A stretch of DNA of 64,000 bases, taken from NCBI GenBank assembly GCA_964016885.1, contig OZ024750.1:15128001-15192000 (forward strand), read 5' to 3'. The stretch is from Eledone cirrhosa (lineage: Eukaryota). The notes below the pieces were generated by a model. The model saw only the letters and a program-made list of their open reading frames with translations, did not search any database and was not told the origin of the DNA. Numbering within the stretch: the first letter of the stretch is position 1; every line of letters starts with the position of its first letter. Position numbers and translations under genes: made by a program. Below, one piece after another: positions 55,297 to 64,000 of the stretch.

Positions 55297-55405
55297 ATTT
55301 TGTTTTCTAACTTTTTGCTTTCTAACTTTTGTTTTCTAACTTTTTGTTTTCTAACTTTTTGTTTTTTAACTTTTTGCTTTCTAACTTTTGTTTAACTTTT
55401 TGCTT
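55297..55405. repeat. 14-16 bp tandem repeat (ttttg[t/c]tttctaac), ~7 copies
   Basis: Direct reading. Confidence 0.85.
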
Positions 55406-57471
55406 TGATCCCATACACTATGTGGGTTTTTTCACTCTAATTTAAATCATTACAGTCGATTATTGTTTGTGATCCTTGAGTATGTGTTTCTGTATATTTG
55501 TATAAATGCCAAACAGATGTCAGCATATTTTAAAAATATGAAACAGCATTAACAAAGAACGTTTCATTTTATGTAAGTATGGTTATCGTGCTCAAACTAA
55601 TAAGCATTGTGGTCTTATCAATTTATTATTTACACATCTTTGAATATTTATTTAGGGAATTCTGGTAAGAATTTACAGTAGTGTTTGTTTTACAAAGATG
55701 CTAATTGTAGGAATGTGAGGTTCCATTGTCTGTTTACATCATATAGTGTATATAGTAGCGATGATAAGAAACATTGTTATAAGAGTTATTTGAAATAATT
55801 ATCAACGAGTCAGCCGTGAGGGCAAAATATTAACCATGAGAATATTAGTTTCCAGTTTAGTGAAACCGCGCTGTGTTTAGAATAAATGAACTTAACACTC
55901 CTTGGTTCGAGATAGCTAACTATGATTATGCACCTAGCGTAGGGGTGATTCAAAGTTTCTCATAACATTATATTCCATTATATGATTTCATGCTTTTTAC
56001 TAAAATATTTGGGACATATTAGTGGTGAAAATGTAAAACAATTGAAACAGAGTTACAACTACAGGTCACCAAAATCTCAAAGAGTTGTCTCCTGTATACT
56101 TTTATTAGAAAATAGATTGATTGATATTCCCTTTTGTTTTCTCATAAGTTGGAAGTTGAGAAGTTTGGTAAATATTCATTATATATTGTATTTTCCTTTT
56201 TATTTCTTCTCATCAAAAGAACGATGGAGGTAACCAAAAAATAAGTGTCAGAATATTTAATTTCGTCCTTTATAGATATTATTTCACTATCTTAGGAGAT
56301 GGCTTTCACTATTATTTCAAAGTTAATAAAATTCGTAACAAATAAAATGTGTGGACTCCGTTCCTTTTCACAGATCTCGTTTAAAAATAATACATATTTT
56401 AATCGTTGTCTTTACTTATGTTACATCGGTTGTGATAGATGCATAACCGACGTCAGTTTGTGTATGTACGCACTTCTGACAGATGAGCTAAATTTATACG
56501 GTTCTGAGTTATACTCCAGTCAAAGTTTCTTTATATCAATTCGTGTCTGTCATTTAAGCAAAATGTATTTGATAATTTATTCTACGGTGAAATATTCTGG
56601 AGAAATATGAAAAACTGCATGAAGCTTCAACTTGCTACAAAATAAAGCGTGAGGATAAGTGATGGAAGAGATGCTGATTGTTAGGATGATGACTTTTCTT
56701 CAACAATTGGCTTCACTTGAAATCGAAGAACCCAAATTGTTATTTTACAAAAATTATTTTCTTTAATAAACCTTTAAGTACAGCATAATTTTTATTTATT
56801 TATTTAATAACGAATTTTCTGTCAACAACTTTATAGTGCCATAGGGCATAGCTATCACAAGAAAACAGATTATATAAAAATCGAAAAGTCAAAATGAAAG
56901 CGACCGTTGTCAATCAGTTGAATTTAGTGTATGATATAATATACATGCGGAGAGGAATCTTACAGAAAAATTCTATATAAAAATTTTACACTATCGATTT
57001 TATTCTTGGCTTCTTTGAGAAGATTTTCCTTTCGCACTGCAGCTTTAAACAATTTGCCTATGGGTACATCCAGCAGTTTTATTGTAAATTCTATATGCTT
57101 TAGTTGAAACATCATCTTTACAATTTTATTTCCTTTCTCTAGCAATGGTAAATTTCAAATTCAATCACACGGCTTAAATGGCAAAGAAATTATTTATAAT
57201 TAAAGTATAAAAATTATAAAATTGACCAGATACTGATAATATTTTGTGTCACTAAGCCTGAAACTGATTGTTTAAATCTTTGCATATTTCTAATTCTGTG
57301 ATTATTTGAGAAAATCCTAGCCATTATAAATGGAAACCCTAATGCGGTTTTTAACAGTTTATTATTCATATTCACTGGATCGATAGATAGCTAGATATGT
57401 ACAGAGATACATAAATAGATTACAAAATCTAACAGAAACAAACACACTCTCCGTCTTTTTTTCTCTCTCTC

Positions 57472-57506
<35 letters not shown>

Positions 57507-57635
57507 GCATGGAAGAAAACGACGCATGGGGATATGCAGATATACAACCTAAGTCACATGCTGGAAATCGGCGGTAGCAACCCATATCTGTTGAAGGTAA
57601 TAACTATAATATATATACTATACATACATACATAC

Positions 57636-57678
<43 letters not shown>

Positions 57679-57680
57679 TA

Positions 57681-58085
57681 CACGGGTGTGTATGATTGTG
57701 TATAGAAGATTATATTAATAAGAGGAATTCCAACTTTGTCTGATTTACTCGTTTTATTTACAATCCTTTAAAATTTATAATGTTATTATAATGAAATAGT
57801 ATGATAGAATATTAAATGTTAAGTGTTAATTGAACAAGTACTTTCATCCTTTCGCAATCTTCAGGTTCATAATGTGTGGTGACAGTCAAGTTTGCAATTT
57901 TCATTGCAAACTTGACTGTCACCACACATTATGAACCTGAAGATTGCGAAAGCATGAAAGTACTTGTTCAATTAACACTTAACATTTAATATTCTATCAT
58001 ACTATTTCATTATAATAACATTATAAATTTTAAAGGATTGTAAATAAAACGAGTAAATCAGACAAAGTTGGAATTCCTCTTATTA

Positions 58086-58088
<3 letters not shown>
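57681..58088. mobile_element. Family G fold-back element, 186 bp arms with about 1 mismatch, in (TA)n
   Basis: 57713-57898 versus 57903-58088. Confidence 0.9.
57932..57970 (+). ncRNA. Minimal type I hammerhead (family G); mirror copy at minus 57831-57869
   Basis: TGAAC-CTGAAGA-T-TGC(GAAA)GCA-T-GAAA-GTACT-T-GTTCA; palindromic AGTACT. Confidence 0.78.
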
Positions 58089-58124
<36 letters not shown>

Positions 58125-58151
58125 TACATATACATACATATATATATATAT

Positions 58152-58447
58152 ATTAGAAAGTGAGGTTTTTTTTACAAAATGAAAAATAACCGAGGTGCCC
58201 TACACGAGTGAAAGTATAAAGAAAGAAAGATGAAATCGAAAATGCAACTGGAGTCTTATTTTTTATAAAATATATATATTTATTTGGTTCCTTTACCAGA
58301 TGTGAGAAAAATCACAGACCCTCCATCTCAACTCTACTTTTGAAAAGCAGAAGAACTGCGAAACCGGTAAAGGAACCAAATAAATATATATATTTTATAA
58401 AAAAATAAGACTCCAGTTGCATTTTCGATTTCATCTTTTTTTCTTTA
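58152..58447 (-). mobile_element. Family C fold-back element; hammerhead motif on plus 58337-58372
   Basis: Homology to the other C copies. Confidence 0.85.
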
Positions 58448-58469
58448 TATATATATATATATATATATA

Positions 58470-58570
58470 AAATATTAAAAAAATAATGAATAAAACAATG
58501 AAACAGTTCCTTATATTAAACAAAAAAAGTTCATTATTTAACGATCGTTTCTAGGACATATATGTGTTAG
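58470..58570 (-). mobile_element. Family J copy
   Basis: Shares ccttatattaaa..cgatcgtttctagga with 545-585. Confidence 0.6.
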
Positions 58571-58665
58571 AAGAATGCATCTCTTCTTTCCATGATATCC
58601 GGATTACATTGAGTTCTTCATACGGATTGGACACTACCGTAAACTCTTGGTAGATTTATCTACAT

Positions 58666-58696
<31 letters not shown>

Positions 58697-58829
58697 AGAG
58701 AGAGAGACTTAGATTAACAGACTTTCAGACAGACAGCTAGACACAAAGATAGGTAGATAGATAAAGGTAGATGCTGCCCGTTGGTGTTGCTGCTTGGCGT
58801 TCTGATAAACAGTGATTTCCTTTTATAGC

Positions 58830-59040
58830 TACTGTTCTCAGGGAGATTCAGCATGTCACAGAATGTGACAAGGCTATACTTTCGAATTACATCTACAACG
58901 CATTTTTGACAGCTGAGTGGACTGGAGCAATGTGAAATAAAGTGTCTTGCTGAAGGACATCATGATGTTCCGCCGTGAATCGAACTCACAACGTTACGAG
59001 TGTGGGCTAAATACCATAACCATTAACCCCCATGACTTCA
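58830..59040 (-). mobile_element. CORE-type tRNA SINE
   Basis: Homologous to 49900-50087. Confidence 0.8.
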
Positions 59041-60609
59041 TAAAGTAGATAGACTTAAATGCCTTTCTGTTTTTTGGTTCGTTATCGTGGCTGAAAACGG
59101 CACACTATGTTAAGATAGAAATGCTATTAAACCTTGTTTATGTTTATTGATTATCAATTAAAAGGAAACATAAAGTGGAAGCAAGAGAGCTTTACCATGA
59201 ATATAAACCGATCCATTCATTCATAAAATAGACAAAAAGCGATTTAAAATATGTCGTAAATTATCTAGTAATATGCAATGTTACTATTTGAGTATACACG
59301 TAAAGTACCATAAAAAAAAAATGAGATAAGATGATTGTTGTAAGATATCAGTAAAGTGATGTGTGAAGCACAGTATAGATAATGTTAAACAGATGAAGAA
59401 CCTCTTGTGTATATTCCTCTCCTGGGAACAATTTGGCTCTAATACTAGCATAGCTTTTCTGTTTATGTTATAGGTTCTATATGTTTATTTCTAAGTCGTT
59501 ATCTACGTAAATGATGTTCTTTATCTCATAAATACACGTCACAACTATCGGGAGAGAAACATTTCAACAATCACTACAAGACTTTATTTCGCTTCCTTAT
59601 CCTTTTACACAGTGTTCTCTTAAGAGAATAATAGAATGTAATACACGCGTGTAATAGAAACGAATCCATGTAATTAGTAACTATTAAATTTCCAAAGTAA
59701 TCGATCTACCACACTTAACACTAACTTACTAAACTCAGCTCTATTCAATAAATTAAACCCCCAGACAAAATTATATTCAGATCGTCAAACACCATATATG
59801 AATAAATATCATAAATATTTGTTTACACGAGTTTGTATACTCCGTTTGAATTCGGTCCATTCAACAATACATTAAACCTTAGATTAAACAAATTGAACAA
59901 AACACTAATCCCTTGTGGGTGTGATATTGTTATAGAACGGCTCAATTTGATCTTTGATTTATCGTTATGAAGTATCTTGGTGCTGAGTGGGCAATCTAAC
60001 TATAATGAAGCATCTAGGATTATATATATATATAGCAGACGATAGAGATTAGTCAAGGTCTATACATTAAGGGTTTTCTTCTAACAGAATTCAGATAATG
60101 AAAACAATATACATCGCCAGGATTAAGATTCTAAACTTAGATAAAATTACTTATAATGATTTCCTTTGTCACTTGAAATGAATGTATATGCAAATAAATT
60201 TAGATTTTCCCCCATTTGACCTTCGATAAGCAAATCTCTTACATCAAGAAATTGTAATTATTTATTGACAAAATTCTAACAAAATCGATTGGTTGGTAAA
60301 TACTCATAATCTCTATTGGATCATAAGATCAGCATTGAAGTTTTTGCCATCATGTTATGTAATTAGTGCAAGATAACGTGGTGTGGGTGGTGTCATGTTA
60401 GTTCATATTATCAAAGAATGCGTTTACTTATTCTGCATTTCATTGGTATTTATTAATATAAGCAGACAATTAAAATATACGAAAACTTCCTTTGCAAGCA
60501 TATAACCTTAGATCTCTTTAACTATTTAATATATATCGGACAAAAGAATGGCATTCTGTGAAGAGTAAGTGAATGTAAGGTTTTACAAGTTTGTTTTGCA
60601 GTAATGCGT

Positions 60610-61029
60610 TTAATTTCCAGAGAGGTCTAATCGCTGGTCACTGCGGCATCCATGAAAATTACAATTAGACTCAACCTTTTCTTTGGGTAGTTTCAGGCAC
60701 AAATCCTTTTCAGTATTATTAAGTGTATATTCTAATATATTAATTGCCGAACTAGTACTGGTAGCACAACACATTACGGGACGGGGAATGGCTTCACCGA
60801 ATACAAACAGCCCCAACTTCCACACCCAACAAAGTCTGCTGAATTATTTTTTGGTCACTCACAGAAGCAACATATGCAAGATTCCCATCATTTCTAGAAC
60901 CTTTGTAGCAGCCGCCATCGAAAAGAGACAGATTAACGATGTCCACACTTCTCGTTTGATCGACAATGTTGTTATATTCAGTTGCTTCACATCTAATGGA
61001 ATTTGCTTTGTTTTACCCTTTTAGGTGAC
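60610..61029 (-). pseudogene. Possible decayed exon of a beta-propeller (NHL-like) protein
   Basis: Acceptor-like ttttgtag at 61030; reading NDGNLAYVASVSDQKIIQQTLLG then, after a frameshift, FGEAIPRPVMCC..INILEYTL; contains an in-frame stop. Confidence 0.25.
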
Positions 61030-63065
61030 CTACAAAACTTTGTTTTAGATTTATCTGACGTTTTATTTGTTAATGGCTGAATCTGAGAGACTTTTTAGAC
61101 GATGACCGTTCTCTGTTTTGAATAAAAATACACCAATTCTAGCATAATATCAACTATTTTTTTTACTGTTTTAAAGAAAGATCTATCTTTATACTTTATA
61201 ATTCTCCCTGTCATGTTCTGTAGTCTATCGATTATTTAAATTTGCTTTTGTTTGTTTATCTTTCAATCCGAGTTTGGACATTGTCTATAAGACTGAACAT
61301 TTGATAGACAATATGTCATTACGATATCAAGATTATGAAATAAAACCAGTGAAAACAAATATATCATTACATAACACAAGCTAATGAAAATATATAATCC
61401 AAGTATGCGATATAGCGACATTAAATATATTCTATATTGTGGTTAAGCTCGGAGCTCGCCATGTTATCTTATGTATATAATATTATATGATGGGATAAAA
61501 TGAATATACTATCTGGGTGTAATTGATTGTATGATATTAGGAAGTTAGTTCAGAAGGTTATTGTATTTCAACCACACTAAACATCCAGTAAGTATTGATG
61601 CTTTTGGTATTAGGCAACCTCCCAATATCTGTGTATTCATATACATGATTACATGAACGTAGAAAACATCCTTCAATGAGGAATAGCACACAAAACATCT
61701 TCCATGAGATTTATCACTTTTTGAGAAATAACAGCCAAATCGTCCACAATCGAACAATTATATTGATATTTGGGATGGCATAGACCACATCTCCTTGAAA
61801 CATAAGCAGAGAGGTACAGGCTTCACATCAATCCAAACAACATTTGAGTGTCGCATCATATCCCTCCGATAACATCTACGAAACACTAAGCTTAGAAGCC
61901 CATCTATAGAACAAGTATGTCTACATCAAGTACATAATAACAGCACGAGAGTTTGGGAAAGAGCTCCTTGAGAAATACTCCCTGTATGATAACCAAATAC
62001 TCATTCACACGCACGTAGGTAAATTGCACAGCAATACTACAATGAATCTCTGGGTGAAAGGCTACAGTGGAAATCTGACTAGAGTTGCATATATTTGTGT
62101 GAGTGGCACCTTCCTCTAGTAGCAAATAATAACTGTAATGGTGCGTTAAATCACTCCAGAATTTGTATAAATGTGAATGACATACAAATACAATTTGATT
62201 ACAATAAATAAATGAATATATAAATAAGATAAAGAAGATATTTAAAAAAGAAATGAAAGAAAACTTTTGATGCGCATTTCATTTTTTTAATGTAAATGAA
62301 GTAAAAGTGCGAAACAAATGTAGTGTTAACTATAAACGAGTTTCCTTCTTTAATGAATCATGATTTGTTTCTTCTAACGAAAATTTCAATCATAGCTCGA
62401 CCTGTTAAAGTAACTCATTACATTAATGATATAACTTATCGAAAGAATGAACATTACAGACAAATAGCTGCAGGACAAACATTATAGGAAAAATCAGTCG
62501 TAAATGTATAAATCAAATTTAGGAAGTGTGTTAAACGTATTATTAAGCCATCTAACAAAACGTTAATTATACAATCCAGTATCATATCCCTGTTGTCTAA
62601 TGTCTAGCTGAATTTGAATCAACACCTAACCACATTCATGATAATAACTCTTCATTTAATTGAAAGTAAGTCTCATAGAGATAAATATTTCAGCTCTACC
62701 CGAATACAAGATACTACAAATAAATGGTTTCTGTCGTCTCAACCGAATATATTTCAAAATTATACCAAAAATAATTATGTTCAAGAAATGAATAAAATAA
62801 TAAAATAGTATTTCAATAATAGAGATTGTTGTTATTAATCAATGTTTAAAAATTTTGTTGAAACTAAAAATAATTTGAAGATTATAGAAAATGAATGTAC
62901 ATATTGAAAATGCATTAACTACGGTATAGGCGTGAACCAAAACAAAAACTAAAGAAAATAGATTACAGTAGACTCATCATAGCCAATTTGCAAAACAATA
63001 TAGAATCCAACTTAGCAGCTACCCAGAGCTTCGATAGTTCGGTACACACACACACACACATACAC

Positions 63066-63137
<72 letters not shown>

Positions 63138-63147
<10 letters not shown>

Positions 63148-63541
63148 AATTAAAAAGAACAGAAAGATGCAGTAAAAGAGATTTATTCGGTTCTTACGTA
63201 CGTTTCAATAGACATCTATTTGCCTAGATCTCGCTACATCTATGATATGGGATCGATTGTGCATTGGATATCGAATGCTCTACTAAATATATAATATTAT
63301 AGATGTAGCGAGATCTAGGCAAATAGATGTCTATTGAAACGTACGTAAGAACCGAATAAATCTCTTTTACTGCATCTTTCTGTTCTTTTTAATTCTTTAT
63401 ATACGCCCCGGAATATAGCTAAACTGGAATATACACCTTTTTTCTGCATTTCGTTGAGCACCACTCTGTTGTAAGCTGACATTCCACTACACGGTACATA
63501 ACACTGTGTCCTGGAAAACATTAATGCACTCGTGCATAACC

Positions 63542-63545
<4 letters not shown>
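63138..63545 (+). mobile_element. Family H fold-back element (~105 bp perfect arms, 55 nt spacer, 3' extension) in (TA)n
   Basis: 63138-63243 versus 63299-63403; GAAAC-GTAC-GTA at 63336-63347. Confidence 0.88.
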
Positions 63546-63575
<30 letters not shown>

Positions 63576-64000
63576 AGAAAGAGCCATATGTCGTTTGAGA
63601 AACACATAGCATTTTGTATATATATAAAGCCCATAATATTGAGGAAAAATATGTACTTTAAGGAGGAAAAGTTTTTCTTTCTTTATGGTACCATTTCATG
63701 TTTCGTAAAACGTAACAGAAATCGATCATCGACCACCAACTATCGATTTTGGTAAAGTTAGTGGAGACGCGAACAGATCATCAGAGGAATTCATCTTTAG
63801 ATAGGTTCCAATAGAGTATAGGGAACAAAATACTTTTATATCTGGGCAAACTCTCGGCTCACGAGAGTTTGCCTAAAACTAGCATGGAGTGATGGTGTGA
63901 AAAAGTTTTAACTGTGGCAGCAGATATAAATAGGACTGGACGTCGTATCCGCTATTATATATATATACATATATATATACACACATATATACACATATAT

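Noticed and set aside
63695-63790. Minus-strand CTGATGA ... GAAAC pair
   Set aside because: No closing stem II base, no NUH triplet and no stem I
63845-63873. 12-bp perfect hairpin ggcaaactctcg/cgagagtttgcc as a terminator or ribozyme stem
   Set aside because: No U-tract and no adjacent catalytic boxes; single occurrence

Overview
AT-rich, repeat-saturated eukaryotic non-coding DNA. The SINE families and microsatellite load resemble an octopod cephalopod genome (inference from remembered repeat sequences, not a database result). I found no intact protein-coding gene: almost all ORF-track entries translate microsatellites. Recognisable content is about 25 copies of one tRNA-derived SINE, a second CORE-type SINE, RTE and R4/Dong LINE remnants, piggyBac and mariner MITEs, a decayed hAT-like transposase, a SNORD24/U24-like sequence and a possible decayed exon. 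The main signal is at least nine sequence-unrelated families of short (about 140-460 bp) elements in or next to (TA)n microsatellites, most of them long fold-back palindromes. Five families carry complete minimal type I hammerhead ribozyme motifs with palindromic stem III, one with a fixed U3-A8 core swap. Three more carry only the 3' half of a hammerhead. This looks like a community of TA-targeting Penelope-like or retrozyme-like ribozyme elements. All structures were read by eye and coordinates are approximate to a few bases.
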